From assembly GCF_000002075.1 (NCBI RefSeq), contig NW_004797316.1, positions 190,201 through 254,200 on the forward strand: 64,000 nucleotides of DNA, given 5' to 3'. This document shows positions 24,643-38,770 of the stretch, piece by piece. The stretch comes from Aplysia californica (lineage: Eukaryota). The translations under genes were made by a program, and so were the position numbers. The notes under the pieces are model-generated. The model saw nothing but the letters and a program-made list of their open reading frames with translations, made no database searches and had not been told where the DNA came from. How positions within the stretch are numbered: the stretch's first letter is position 1; every line of letters begins with the position of its first letter.

Positions 24643-27600
24643 TTAATTAGTCAGCTGTTTCGTTTCCGAAAACCCTTAACAGTTACTACTCAAAGTGCTA
24701 CTTAAAAAGCATTTTAAGACAATTTACAGTTTCAAAGTGTCATTGAAAGGTTTTTAAGGCAAATTCAAGATCAAACAGAAATAGAAATTTCACAAAATAA
24801 CTTTGCTCTTGAAGTGTCATAAGGTACGTATGTGTAGAGTGTCCCTTCCTTTGCTCTGTCAATATATTTGTGTGCACTGCACATCATGAGAAAGGACATA
24901 AGCTGACCTAAATTTTGATAGGAAATGTGATTATATAAAGGAGTGGAGTTCTATGAATGAATTGTAGAAACTGTCGTCAATGACAATGCAGAAATTTTGA
25001 AGAACGGTTTTTGCTCTGCTCATGAAGTGTTGTGGGGTACAAATGTGCAAACCTCTCATCCTTTGGCCTTTAGTGTTTGGACACATTCATTTGCAATCCA
25101 TAGCCGGAGATAGGTCACAAGATGATTTAATTTTGGAATGCACGGTGATGGTTTTAAAAAAAAATGAATGAATCAGAAAAACTTCCTACGACGTAGGCTC
25201 TGACAGAAAATGTTCTCACACAATTGTTATTACGTTAGACTATTTTTGTAAAAAAAATAATTTTTATTTTAAAGTGTGTGCTAAACAAAAATCCTTGTAA
25301 ATATTGGTAGATTAATGGCTAAAGAATTATTTTTAATGGAACTAAATTTTTGTTTAAAAAATGGATATTTGACCTTTATTGCTGTGTAACTCAAAATCGA
25401 ATACATGCCTCTTGCTGTACCTTTCTCCCGGCACACACACATATATATGTATACTGTGTCTACTCCAGTCATCAAGATAGTTTAACATACAGTGTAGTCT
25501 ACTTAAACTGAAATATGTGGGACTGCCAGATTTGTTTTTTTTTTGGGGGGGGGGGTTAGTGAAGTTGCTCAAATACAAGGAAAAAATCAGAGATTTTTAT
25601 TTTTTTTCAGTTCACCGTGTTTTCAGATTATCGTGTTCGGTTTAAGAGGACTCCACTGTATATAGGCACTGACACATTATGCCTATAATAAACTGCTGGA
25701 ATGACAGAAAGAAGTAAAACATCTATTTTAAATGTCTTAATTAAGAGAAAACAGTTCCCAACACCGTCTATTTGCCAACATAAAGCACTATCATATACAT
25801 TTGTAAAAAGGATGTAATGATCAGAAAACATGAACACATATATGCCTCCTTCAAAATCAAATTAAGAGGCAGAAAACTAAGCAGGTCCAAGATGACATGT
25901 TCACAATACTCTGGAATAAAATATATCAGCAGAATTAGTATCCCTACAAACTTTTCAACAAATTGGGACTCGCACAACTCTTGATATACTCGTTAAGCTG
26001 ACTGTATTTATTATGTGACTAGACCCTCTAGTTTGAGTAATGAAAACCGCATCAACTCAATAATCATTAAGTATTGAAGAAAAAAACCAAGATACATACC
26101 TGTACAGAAACTATAAAAGGGGGAAAATAAGAAAGTGTGACCTATTAGACGCACCCTCAATCGCTCACAGCGACTCAATTCACCCCATACATTTCTAAAC
26201 ACTTGTATTACTTGTAAGAAATATAATCCCCCACCCCCCCAAAAAAAACCCGAAAGAAAAGTCACCCATAAATGATTTTTGAGTAACTGCCTAAACGGAA
26301 AAAAATGAGTAAATTTGTATAGAATTAAAAACCACACCCAAAAAATGCTGAAACAACATAAATGCATAAATCTAGAGAAAGAGAACATTGATTTGTTCAT
26401 GAGCGAATGAAAACAAAGGCTGGACATAGAAGGTTGACTATAAGTTTCATATTGTGTTCCTGGGAAAACACGTCAAATGTCAGGGCTGTTGGAATATGGG
26501 GCAAGAACACTTTCTATAAGGAAATTCAACATAATGAAAACACTGGTTTTCTAAATACTTTTTCAGTATCTGCAATTATGATTAAGAAATTCATCTTCCA
26601 CATTTTGTAAGACAGGGCCAAAAGTGAGGTTCTTCGGTTAACACCCCCCCCCCCCCTTTTTTTGTACATGTACTTTCTTCACACAATTATCAGTGCCCTT
26701 GAGAAAAACTGATGCTTAATTGTCAGATTCAATGCAAATGAAAATGAGAGTGTTTGTGTACACTCCTTTCAAAGTGTTAGTGTTGGAAAGACCATGACGA
26801 AAATGTAGGTAAACATGAAACAGGTTCCCTGGCTGTTAAAATTGAGATAAAAGTTAACCGGATCATTTTAAACATGAAATGTTCACATATCTCCTGAAAA
26901 TAAGAGTTCACAAATTAAAGTGGAAAAATCTTTTTAAAATGGTTGAGAAACTGTCAAACTTTAATTTACTTCTTGTTCGAACTGTGAGTGACACTTTTTT
27001 GTGCTTCTACTTCTGCTCCAGAATCAGATCTACTGTGCCGACATTTGGGTCATTTTCTCAGGCGTCAACACTATATTGTCACTCTAAAGACTAATTCACA
27101 AACCACAAGCATACATTCTTTATTCCATCAACTTGCACCTTGTAAGGACTACAACTCACAAAAATGAAGCCTTATTTAACTTATAAATGGCCTACTATAA
27201 TGGAAAAAAACGAAACCATCCAAAAAAAACCCCAATATAAAGTAAAAATAAAAAAAACAATGATCCTGTCCCACTACAATATTCAAACATTCAAATAATA
27301 TGATTACAGACTAAATCGTCTTCAATTGAGGTGGCTATCTGCCTTGCAATACTGAACAAAAAACTTCAATTTAAAAACTGAAAATTACAGTTCAAAGGTT
27401 GGAAATGTGAATATACATAAACACTTTCTGTCAAAATCAGTACTTTTGCCCTTGAGCATAATAGCCTATATAATAACCATAATGGGCCGGTATATCACAG
27501 AGAAGCAATACACACATGTACCAGCTTCAGTATTATGCTGTCTTTCTTTCCGTTATCCTTCATATGATTATGTTAACATGACAGTGATCTTTATTATACT

Positions 27601-27769
27601 TTATATACACAACCTTGAAATGACAGGTATAAATCTTAAACCCGGCTTCCCAATAAAGATAATTTTTAAAAAAGCAACAAACACAATGCATGGTAGTATT
27701 TTTACACTTTCTTGTTCACCTTCTCCATCATCTCACCCCTCATCCCCCTCCCCCCCAATGTTTTAACAT

Positions 27770-28930
27770 TGGCCGGTGCTAGTCACCCGATCTCGGGCGG
27801 CTAGCGTCAGGCTACTCGACCGCATAGCCTGATGCTACTGGCCCGTGGGGATTTTTGCGACCTCGGGCGGCTGGCATTTTCTGCCCACCCGCCGGAGCCG
27901 GTCACCTAGATCTAGTCTTATACAGGGTGCACACTACGGCTGGATCAGGCCGATCGCCCGACTCGATTGCCTGAAACTGAAAACAAACAAGTTTGTTTTT
28001 GAGGCGACCGAGTCGGGTGATCGGGCACCCCATATTAAATAGCGTAAACACAGCCTCGTGTCTTCCGACAAAGATACTGTGGAGTATCTTTGCTTCCGAG
28101 GTTTCCCTCGGGAGTTGACTAGATCCCCTAGATCCATCACCCTTTATTATTTAATTATTATCATTCATCAGAAAGCCTGTGACAAAGTTACTAACAATAG
28201 AAATGCAGCGTCGTGATGTTATTAAAGATTGTGTAACTACTACCAAGATGTTTCAACTACCCTATCTCGTGTCCGAACGAGACTTGGGCGCTAGATCTTC
28301 ATCGACTTAGCGCGTGGCCACTCGTGATACGAGTGTAAGCAAATGTTCCAGCGCTGAGTTGAAAGTGAAAGCGAGAAATTTTGTCTGCTGGCAGAGAAAG
28401 AAAGAGAGAGAGGAGGGAGGGAGAGAAAGAAAGAGAGAGAGTGAGAATGAGAAAGAGAGAGGGAGAGGGAGAAAGAGAGAGAGGGGGGGGGGTTGTTATT
28501 AGAATTACTGATTCCTGTCGTTTTCTATCTGCATCGATTCACAAGCTGACCCGGTGCAATACAGTCATTATTGCACACATTATGGCCAGTTCCATCTTCA
28601 TTCATGACATGTATTATAATAATGCCATGTTGACTGATCCGACTCTTGACTTGAAGGACAAAGAGAAGTGATTGAGTGACTGAATCTTGTGCAATTGATC
28701 ACGCGATTTCTAAAGGAGCATGCGCAGAAATCCCCAAGGGTCAGAACACGGAACAAGCACAGAAATCCCCACGGGCTAGAAGCCGCAGGCTAGGCGGTGC
28801 TAATCAGCCGAATTCGTTCGCCCGGAACATGCGTGGAAATCCCCATGGGCCAGTAGCGTCAGGCTACTCAACCGAGATAGGGCGACTAGCCTGACGCAAG
28901 CCAACCGAGATTGGGCGACTAGCCACTCTG
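27770..28930. mobile_element. hAT-like non-autonomous element
   Basis: ~50-bp imperfect TIR gctagtc(a/g)ccc.atctcgg..ggct.gcgtcaggcta; right end ..ccactctg; near 8-bp TSD tttaacat/tttaatat. Confidence 0.7.
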
Positions 28931-30364
28931 TTTAATATTTCACCATACTTAGCACCTTTAAAAAACAATTTTGTCAATAGGATTACAATGCAGTATTCAT
29001 GCAAAGGACTTTAAGGACACTTGAAACATGACAATATGCGTTTGACCATACAAATAATTTAAAAAGTGAGATTACAGTTTTTTGTTCACAACTGAACTGG
29101 CAATTTTCAAAGCAGCTGTTGATAATGTAACAACCATGGCAGAGCCTCCGACATCTATTTACAGTTAAAGAGACAGATACAATAATTTGTAACAACTATA
29201 AAAAGGATAATGACATGATAATTCATCAAAATGATTACTTAGAACACTCTCTCCGCTAAAAATGATACATCAAGCGGGTCCAAAAAACCATCTCTCATTA
29301 GTAAGCAAAGAAAAACTAACTATTTAAATTCTTTTTGCAATGAGTAAAAATAAACTCTGTCTGTGGTGTGGTTCAAGAAATTACAACAATATGCAAAGAC
29401 TCCGGAATTTCAAGCCTTTGGTCTTTTACAATGAAGTCTACCTAAAGAAATTCATTTCTTTAAATGGAACAGGACTTTTTAAAAGAAATTAACAAGATGG
29501 TATCAGTCACCCTCGATCCATAATCAGTAACGCATATTAACTTTGTTTACTTTTATAACTTGTAGTGCACACTGACTATGCCAAAATGAGGTAAACTATG
29601 AGTGAATGGTGACAGCCTGCTTCAACTCTTTAAAAAATGTTTATCTGTTTCAGATGTAGAATACCACACGACTAATAACATTCATTTGTGCGAAATACAC
29701 AAAATAAAAAAATTCTGGATTTTATGAAAAAAATTCTGAAATGATCATCACCATGTGACAACAAAACTCCTGATCTCCTTATTCTGAAGTAGTGACAATA
29801 CAAAAATGCATGTTGGTTACATCAAATGTTAGAAGACAAGCTCATTATCTTGAGGGCTTATAGAATCTCTTGTGTTCAAAACCCACAGGGAAAAAAGGCA
29901 CAAAAGGGAAGGAGCGCACCCTGCTTCATTTTAGTTCTATACAGCTGAGAGCATATGGATCATATAGCCTAAAGGTTTAACATTAATAAATTGGTTTAAC
30001 ATTAATAAATTGCATTATATCAATTTAAAAAGTAACAGCAACAACACCCAACCTTTAATCCTAATTAAGAAAAAGGTGATAAGCAATACAGATATGACTA
30101 GGAAATATTGGCTTTAAATTCAAACCAGTGGTACAAATAAATGCATGCAGGTTTGGACTCGTAGTAATATTCAATTCATTCACATGGAAGATGTTGTTGT
30201 GCCACTGTAAGAGATCAGCAGTTTTGGAAGACGACAGAAACAAGTAGCAATTCATAAGACAGGATGGGAAGTCGTAATTCCTTATGCTGAGCTTACGCCC
30301 CCCAAAATTGATATGATCTCATATTATGCAAATCTAAGAGGCCAGTCTATTATAATAGTGGAGG

Positions 30365-30728
30365 GTTTTACGGCGCTCGCAACTGCATAAGGTCATATGA
30401 GCACCAAGGGGTGGGTGTCAACAGAGAAGTCTTTACAGGGAATCAGACTTAGACTGCTCACCTCTCTAGCTTCAACAGCACAAGGTCTGCTTCGATTATC
30501 AAGGTACCCCAAAATAGCAGGTCACAAGATAGTGACACATATACAAAAGAAGTAGAGGAAAAATGACAATAGTAAGGATCAGGAAAGAAAAAGCAGCAGT
30601 TCCCTGTTGTAGATCAGGCACAGTTATGAGCGTGACATGAGTCAGCCCATTTACAATTCCACTATGCTTGAACCAGAAATGTCCCCCCTTTGGGAAAGGC
30701 ATAAAGACACTTCAGTCAGTGACACTGC
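30365..30728 (-). mobile_element. Short retroposon family B copy
   Basis: Colinear with 941-1280; tail ctcatatgaccttatgcagttgcgagcgccgtaaaac. Confidence 0.65.
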
Positions 30729-32760
30729 GGGGGGGGGGGGGGGGGGGGGGGGGTGAAGTCAGTCTGAATCTAAAAACAACTACATGTTTAAATTAAAATA
30801 TGAATAAGTTTCTATTGCACCAACAAAGGCTGTGAAAGTAAATTCCACGAAACAATAACAGGAAGATTTCTAGACCTCCATTTCATGTAAAATAATATAA
30901 ATACATATTAAACAAAAGATGCGGCTTCAAATAATGCAGGATAATCAAACATGCTATCAATCTCTGAGAAACAATAGGAGAAAAACAAAACATTCTTGCC
31001 AGTAAACTAGCACCATAGAATATTATGAAAGAGACTGCTCTCGGCTCAACAACATAACACAAAGTCAGTTCACGTTTTAAGAATTTAGTCAATCTACATT
31101 TCTTTTTATGTCTAAATATTCATATTAATCTTTGTTGAGTTCAAATTTTGACAATTATTGCAACCCCCCCCCCCCCATTTAATTGTCCTCTTTTTATCTT
31201 CTGTACACAATAAAGTATATGAGTTAGTGCAATCGAATCAGTAGTGCAAGCGTTTGTTTTTTTCCACTTCAAAAAAATAAACAGTGATAGTTGCAGCAGT
31301 AATCATTGGCAAACGAAAAGACAAAACACTTGGTTACTCTATACCCATGTAAAAGTGCCAGTTTATTCTTTCTATAGATTCTGCTGTGTCCGTAGTACAT
31401 GTGTGAAAACCCTTTCTGGCTAACAATAACATATCAATTGAACTGAAAAGACAGGTACAAGGCAATGAAAACACAAACATTTTGGCAGGATGGGATTCGA
31501 GAACCCCCCCCCATCCCCCCTCATTTATTTTTCACAAGATTTTCTTTACTTTAGCTACGACAATTGCATTATAGGAATAAACCAGATAATTCAGAATTTA
31601 GAAAAAAGTGAAGATGGCTGATATAAGTTTATAAAATATAAGCTTTGTCTTCCTACCAACAAGGCCAAACATATAAAAATAACTAGTCTGAGAAAAAGAA
31701 TAACAGGAAAATAACAGCAACAAAGTGGTGGGAAAACCAGCAGACACCCTTTGTTCGCTTATGCTGCAAATAAACAGTCCAGGTATTGGCAGTGTACCTT
31801 TCAAAATAAATAATTTTCTTGCAAATCTAATTTGAAAAGAAAAGTAAATGCAATATTATTACTCTGACATAACCCAGTAGTTGAGATCCACAAAACATAA
31901 ATTTTGCTAAAAGAAAGGTAATGTCACAACAGGGCATAAGAAAAAGGTTATCACAAAATTGAAAGAATGTCCTCAAATACCAGATGTTGACAAGATCTGA
32001 CCCAATTATTGCTTTTATTATCTCAAGTGATTTGCTTGACAACTAAAAAGTTTGTGAATGAATACTTGCTGGTAATACAGCCGGAATTAAAAGCTACATT
32101 AACTTTTATTTCTATCAATTGTCCAAATTGTAAAAATACCCAAAACACATAAATGGTGGGAAATAGGGGATCTGATAGCCCGCTGCACTATATCAAAGGC
32201 ACAAATATTCAGGAAAGCATCAACAATAACAATGATTTCACTATTTTTTTCTTGGCTATTGCAAAAAAAAGACAGAAACGAACATTGAAGATTCCTAGTG
32301 GGGTGGGAGGGGATAAAGAAATAGAGATAACAACACAATTATTTAAACTTATAAATGCATGTGAAAACAACACTTCTGAAATGCGTTGAAAGACTGTGCC
32401 GCAAAATGCAATATCCAAATGATTAAATTACTAGAATTAATATTCCAACAAAAAGGAAAAAAAATAAAGTTACAAAATAGAAATGCAATAGAAAAACTGT
32501 AGTGGGAAAAAAATCCCTCCTTTCCAGCTTAAACGAATGAATGCCGAGATTAAACTGAGAACAAAAAAGCAACACTTCTATCTGATGAAAATCAATAGCC
32601 ACACCACTAAATCTTGAAATCTCTGTTTTCCTTGCTCGTTTTTTTCACACAGGAAAGACACCTGAAAAACATACTTGGGTTATTGGCATTTTCAAGTAAT
32701 TTCTCAACATCCTTACTTTAATCTAACTACTGCATATGAGTTAGTTCATGTTTTAATGTT

Positions 32761-33627
32761 GGGAGTGCTTATTTAGGCCACATATGGCCTAAATAAGGTA
32801 AGGAAGGGGGGTTTAGCTTATTTAGGCTCAAACTACCCTTTTCAGGCAACTGAGTTCGTTCCACTTTCATAATGGTGCACCTTTCTCATTTAGTACGGTT
32901 TTGTCTCAGTGTACAACTTATAAATCATAACCATAATGAATATTGTAAAGAACAAAGCACAATATGCAAAATTTTGCTCAATCCCAATGGTTTGAATGAG
33001 GGCCAGATTTTTCCTTCATGGAGGGGCAAAAGCTAGGCTACCATTTTGGCACACTTTGGTCAAGTGAAAAGTTCAAATCCTCCGAATGGACTTCCGGGTT
33101 AAATTTGGGGTATAAAAAGAGTGTACACTACGTGGCTGAGTCAAAGTTACACTATCTTTGCCTGAGTGACACTCTCTCGTACTGTCTCGTAGTAGTACAT
33201 GTAGGCGAGTAGGCCTAGTAGTAGTAGTAGCAAAGATCGTGTAGAGAATATTTGGTAGTAGATTCTATCTAGTAGGCAGTTTAGTGAACGTGCTCAGGGC
33301 GAATCGGCCTCGATAAGCCCCGTAGACTTTTGTGATCGGCCACGAAGCCTCGTGTTTTGATGGGTCTAGATCTAAACAACTCAGTGTTATTCGCACTGCC
33401 ACATCCGACAGGCCTAGATCTACATCTTTTTAAAAGGAAAAGAAAGATCATCAAAATGGTTGAATTCGCGTGAAAATCGATTCGGTAGAACTAGAACTAT
33501 TAAAATTTGCTTCTGAAAACAAGGCAATTTTTATATGAAGGCCATTTTTATACAGGTGTAGCCTAAATAAGGTAAGGGAGGGGGGTTTAGCTTATTTAGG
33601 CCATATGTGGCCTAAATAAGGTCACCC
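32761..33627. mobile_element. MULE-type MITE (internal-deletion form)
   Basis: GGG...CCC termini, palindromic cttatttaggccacatatggcctaaataagg TIR modules, exact 9-bp TSD tttaatgtt. Confidence 0.88.
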
Positions 33628-34509
33628 TTTAATGTTTGGAGTCCGTTATGAAATATGAAATCATTACATGCTTGTTACCACTTTGCAGAACACATATTTA
33701 CACTTCTAGTGATAAAAAGTAGATGATCAAAGTTCAACTTTAACAGAAAAAAAAATTAGTTTAAACTGATTTCTATTATGAGGAGCTCTGAGTAAAGTAA
33801 GAGGTAACTTATTGGGTTTGAAAACTTTCACCATTATATTGAACATTTAGCACTTTATTAAGATGCATTTGGGCCTTTCTGTAAAAAGTTATAGCACATC
33901 AAAGGGCATGGGGATCTTAAGTTTAGTTCTGAGAAAACAGCTTTGAAAATCCCCATGATGAGGCTAAATAAAAAGTGAAATGAAAAATGCTCAGTGCTTC
34001 TGTCATTTACTGCTACTACAATATTCATGACACTCGGTTTTGACGAAAAGGCAAAAATATTCTCTTTCATAATGCATGTCACAGTAGGGAATTCGCTTGA
34101 AAATCAGAGCCCATCTGTAGGAATTAGTTCCAAATTTTAGCCAAGTTTTTTTCTGTCACCAAGGGGTATTTCTGCAAATCTAAGTAAAGATTTAGAAATT
34201 ATTTATTTTCTGAAGCTCACAAATAATTATTTAAAATGGAAATAAAGTGCTGGGACTGTTTTTAACTTAAATTTCTAAATAACCCATGCCTTCTTGTGGG
34301 TCTTCTCAGACCCTTCACATATAATTATCTTAAAACATACATTTTAAAGAAAAAGAAATACATTAAAAGTGCAAAACCAAAAGCTATTTCATATTTCAGT
34401 AGAACCGCCTTCTTCTCCAGAGATATTTCTTTCTCTCTGTAATTTGTCAGCATGTGTGTCTATCTACCTGGAGATAACAACTCAAATGGAAAGACAAACC
34501 ACCACAAAA

Positions 34510-34593
34510 TCAGAAACTTCGAAAAGGTGTGAATGAAGTGACATGGTTATCTCTTTCCTTCCTTTTCATAGCCACAGAGGCAACTTCAGTTTC
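34510..34593 (-). CDS. SNX16: Candidate SNX16 terminal exon (coding or UTR depending on isoform)
   Basis: ctttgtttatcctgcag| acceptor; phase 0 reads ETEVASVAMKRKERDNHVTSFTPFRSF*, phase 2 reads (R)KLKLPLWL*. Confidence 0.4.
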   Translation of the reverse strand, partial: ETEVASVAMKRKERDNHVTSFTPFRSF

Positions 34594-35334
34594 CTGCAGG
34601 ATAAACAAAGTATTGTACATTTAAAAGTCCGTCTTTGAAGAAAGGAAAGTAGCCCTGCAGATATATAAATAGGCCTAATATAATGCTTTTTTGGGGTTTG
34701 TTTTGAAAAATAATAAAATATTGCATCTGTATTTCATTAAAATTAACACACCAAGCAAAAACTGACAACAAATAGCATACTACTTTCATAGAATTTGCCA
34801 TAATTTCTGAAACAGAAAAAAAATTAGAAGCCAAATTCCTACTTTTTATTATTTGTTTGAAAATGACAGAAGAAAAGACAACTTACATTTTATTTGTTAC
34901 CCGGTATATGCTCCCCCCGCCTCACACCATTTTTTAATAAAATGAGTATTTACAGCTTCTCCTCTACCCCCCCACCCGTGTCAGGACCCATGTCCTTTTT
35001 TCAAAGTGTGAGCCTAGTAGGCCCTATATTTGCCTTTGAAATTTCCAGCTGTAGATACAACTCTTTAGTGCTGAGTTTTCAACAGCACCCAACATCTCTA
35101 GATTCCTTGTATTCCAATAGAAAAACACTGTGATTTCCTTTGCTACTGCTACATTACATGACAACAGTGAGGCCATTACATTTCAAATCCCAGAGGAGGC
35201 ATTTCTAAATCTACCACAGACGTAACCCACATCTTGCCGAAAAGAATATAAAACTAAAATTCTAACAATAAACAGTGAAACTGAAACAAATATTCACTCA
35301 CTCACTCTAGTCGGATAAATAAAATTAACTCACC

Positions 35335-35437
35335 TCATTTGTTCTCTTTAAGCAAGACACCTCCTGCCCCAAATAGTGAGTCAATGTCGCACTTGCCACC
35401 ACTTATCTTGTCATGGCTCAGGTACTGATTCAGCTCA
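35335..35437 (-). CDS. SNX16: Candidate SNX16 stop-containing exon 6b
   Basis: Strong acceptor tctttttctttccag| in phase; (S)ELNQYLSHDKISGGKCDIDSLFGAGGVLLKENK*; consensus donor G|gtgagt one base after the stop. Confidence 0.6.
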
Positions 35438-35990
35438 CTGGAAAGAAAAAGACTGTCTCTGTATTCCCGGGGGTCAGCAGTATCTGGTTCACTCTCAGGT
35501 TTGCACAAGCATGGCTAAAGTAAAAGTTTGGACTTTATCATGATCCGACAACAACTGGGACCAAGTACCATTTCTTCTCAAACAAATATATCATTACTCA
35601 GTGGTCAAGTGTGTATACTCAGTATGTAGAGCCACACTTACTTCAAGTCTGCTTTGGCATAAGCCAAGGTCCCATTCACTACAATTCATAATTGCGACTG
35701 TGACTTCTTTTTCAACACCCTAAGGCTGAAAACTTTGATGATAAAACATAGCAAGATTGGACAGTTTACTGTCAAACAGTTGAAACCAGATCAACGAAAG
35801 GACCAGGAATTAATAAATGTTACTGGTCATATTTACCTACAAGCAACGTAAGTACATAATGTGCCTGTTTGGAGTAAATTGTGCATTGATTCCTGTTGCT
35901 ATGCAAATAGACTCCATCACATTAAAGGCATTCATTACTTCCTGGTGTGGAAAATAACTTTCTCCCCCTTTTTTTCAAAATAACACAAAC

Positions 35991-36123
35991 TGAGACGGTG
36001 TGCTCTTGCCTCAGACAGACACCAAACAACAGAGCAGGTGATCTTGACTTTAATTCCTGTCGGAAACTTGGCTGCTTGTAAAGTTCATAAGACTGCTCCA
36101 TGCCATTCTTGCATTGAAAATCG
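35991..36123 (-). CDS. SNX16: Candidate alternative SNX16 exon 6a
   Basis: gagttttcag| acceptor in the required phase; open frame (S)DFQCKNGMEQSYELYKQPSFRQELKSRSPALLFGVCLRQEHTVS; donor |gtttgt. No homology support. Confidence 0.35.
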
Positions 36124-36388
36124 CTGAAAACTCAAATACAGATTTCGACAGCTCATTGTAAGACACTATCACACGTCATTTTTCAAATTGGGGAAAGGCG
36201 GAAAGTCTTACACAGACCTGCCACTCTATGAAACCTCAAAATCAGGATCTCAGGGAGCAAAAATCGGGATTTGGTGAGAAAAATCGGGATCAACAGCAAA
36301 TCACCAAGGTGACTGCCAAAGCTGACTTAAAATTTTTCCAAGGGTGTCCATAAATTACTGGCCTATATGCCCTCTGAGTGTGTTTGTT

Positions 36389-36392
<4 letters not shown>

Positions 36393-36465
<73 letters not shown>
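36393..36465. repeat. (GT)n microsatellite
   Basis: Direct reading. Confidence 0.95.
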
Positions 36466-36467
<2 letters not shown>

Positions 36468-36699
36468 ATGCGTGCGAGTTATCATTTTTTTTGGGTAAAT
36501 CCTGAAGCATCACGTCAAGCACTCCTAGTCCAAGTGTCTATACCCCCCCCCCCCCAACCCCAACCAATAAGTCCCGAAATACATGAACTTAAGTTGACCC
36601 GTCAACGGACGGTCCCCGACACGCAGAACTCACACGGCGATGTCATGTCACGTGACGCAAATGCGCTGATTGAAACAATTTTATTAACGGGTCCGACTA

Positions 36700-36933
36700 A
36701 CTGCGCGTTCACACTAAACTCAGATGAGCGACAGTCGTTCTACTTCTAGTACTCTAGGATAACAACGGCGGCCGACCGACCAATTGTACCAACAAATCTC
36801 TTATCCCTCATAATGCGTTCAGACTAAAGCAACGACAACGGCCGTATGTTAGTCTTGTCAGTGCAGTTACATGTAGTCGTGTAAGGGTCAGAAAGACTGT
36901 CGCTCGTCTGAGTATTTGGTGTGAACGCGCAGT
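36700..36933. mobile_element. Small nested MITE
   Basis: TA|actgcgcgttcacac...gtgtgaacgcgcagt|TA. Confidence 0.7.
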
Positions 36934-37570
36934 TACCAGACCTCGGACAAGGCTTGTTTTGAAAGTAGCAGTGGAAGTACGAATATTATCGATTATTTGT
37001 ATGTCCCAAATAAATTGTAATAGTTACCAGGCTATCATCGGAGAATTCTGAGTGCGGGCAAAGATCACATACAACTTGGGGCGAGTCAGCTACTAAATGC
37101 GGCATCGATATTTCGGGAAATAGTGCTCCGAGTTTCTACTGACAAAAAGTTCAACGGGTGCTTCCCGTGATAAAGGAGAAGGCAGAGTAAGTTTTTAGAA
37201 AAATCCGGCACAACAGCGGACTGGGACAAAAAATCGGGATACACACGATCGAAATCGGGAAAATCAGGATGCTTGAGATTTGGGGCAAAAAATCGGGATA
37301 TCCCGACTAAATCGGGATGAGTGGCAGATCTGCTTACACTAAGCAGTTGATATGGTCCCATCATTTAAAATAGTTAACCTATATTGTATTGAAAAAGGCA
37401 CAAAGCATAACAAAAGCCTAAGTACGAAAAACGGTTACATACATAAAAATCAGTTGCACTACAGTTTGACAAACCAGCAGTCGACTATCCTTGTGATCAA
37501 GCAGTGAAACGCAAATGAAAAAAAAAAAAAGAGTTCTGCATATAAGTCAATCAATATTAATTGCAGTTAC

Positions 37571-37707
37571 CTAAGACGACTGGTCAAAAGCTGCACCTGA
37601 GACTTATAGAGCTCAAGTTCCTCTCGAGCAAGATCCAGCTCTGTGTCCTTATCTGCCAGCTCTCTGCGCAAAAGGTAAACCATCTCCTCCATACACTCAC
37701 ATTGGGC
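37571..37707 (-). CDS. SNX16: SNX16 coiled-coil exon
   Basis: cactcatcag|..|gtaact, 137 nt; AQCECMEEMVYLLRRELADKDTELDLAREELELYKSQVQLLTSRL. Confidence 0.9.
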
Positions 37708-38029
37708 CTGATGAGTGACAAATGAAAATACCCAAAAATTGAAAATCAGTGTATTTAATATTAGTCATTCATAAATCAGGGATGGAACCGGTATCCAATG
37801 AACAAACCTGAACCCATCTAAGGTCCAAGTAAGTGTTCTGCTGAAGGCTTTTAGAGGGGAGAAATATTCTAATAAAACCAAAACATACTCGCATACTTCG
37901 TGTAACGATCAGAAGTGAAAAGAAGCATAATATTACTGAATCTAGTAATGAATTTCAAAGGACCCTTAAAAAAACCCAAGGTCCTCAGGTAAAAACCTGA
38001 AAAATTCCTTCCCCACAAAACATATTTAA

Positions 38030-38306
38030 CTCTTTAAACCCTATTGGACGCCAAGCGTCCGGCGGTAATAACCCTGTTCCCCATCGGACGCTACTATTTT
38101 TTCGTTTCATTTAGTGCTAGTTTTTGCTTATTTTTGTAACTATTCCCAGTCCAATTTTTTAGTAATGACTAAGCCTTTGTTTCCGCAATTTAGAAGTAGG
38201 AGGCAAGCTTTTCGGGTTAAAATGAGATATAGTATAGTGCACCAGGTTTAAGTGACTGTAGAACAAATTCTGGTAAAACGGTCGAAAAAACTCAGGGTTT
38301 AAACAG
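38030..38306. mobile_element. piggyBac-type MITE
   Basis: TTAA|ctctttaaaccct...agggtttaaacag|TTAA. Confidence 0.7.
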
Positions 38307-38700
38307 TTAATGAACAAACCAACTTCAAAAAACTTTGGCCAATACTGTTTTATATATGTCATACAGGAGAGATACTGAACCCCCGTTCCAAGGTACAAAA
38401 GTATCTCTTTTATTTATACGGTATGAAGTGGAGCAAACAATACAAGATAATCTCCCTGACACATACAAAAAAACGACATATTTATCCTCCAGAGTTGCTG
38501 GTTCTCAACTCTTATGCCAGAGGAGCGAAGCACAATATGAGATGCGCATCTTTCAAAAAGTAAAAACTTCAGACCACTTAATCAAACCTACAACCCTTTG
38601 ACAATGAATCAAGTCACTTAGAGCATTACATAATTCACTCAACAAAGTAAAAATAAAATCATGTGCAGACTTATTTGCTGAACAAAACATATTCACTTAC

Positions 38701-38770
38701 TCGGCTCTCTTCCAGACTGTCATGTGGACCCGGGGGGTCATCAAAGCAGAAAAAATCCCGCACAGGTGAG
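38701..38770 (-). CDS. SNX16: SNX16 exon (end of PX domain, linker)
   Basis: gtgcaccag|..|gtaagt, 70 nt; (S)[23 protein letters not shown] (SNX16 [21 protein letters not shown]). Confidence 0.93.

Larger units (their letters stand above)
36213..37332. mobile_element. hAT-like non-autonomous element containing (GT)n and a nested MITE
   Basis: TIR caga(c/t)ctgccactc; many subterminal aaatcggga motifs; cttaca on both flanks. Confidence 0.75.
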
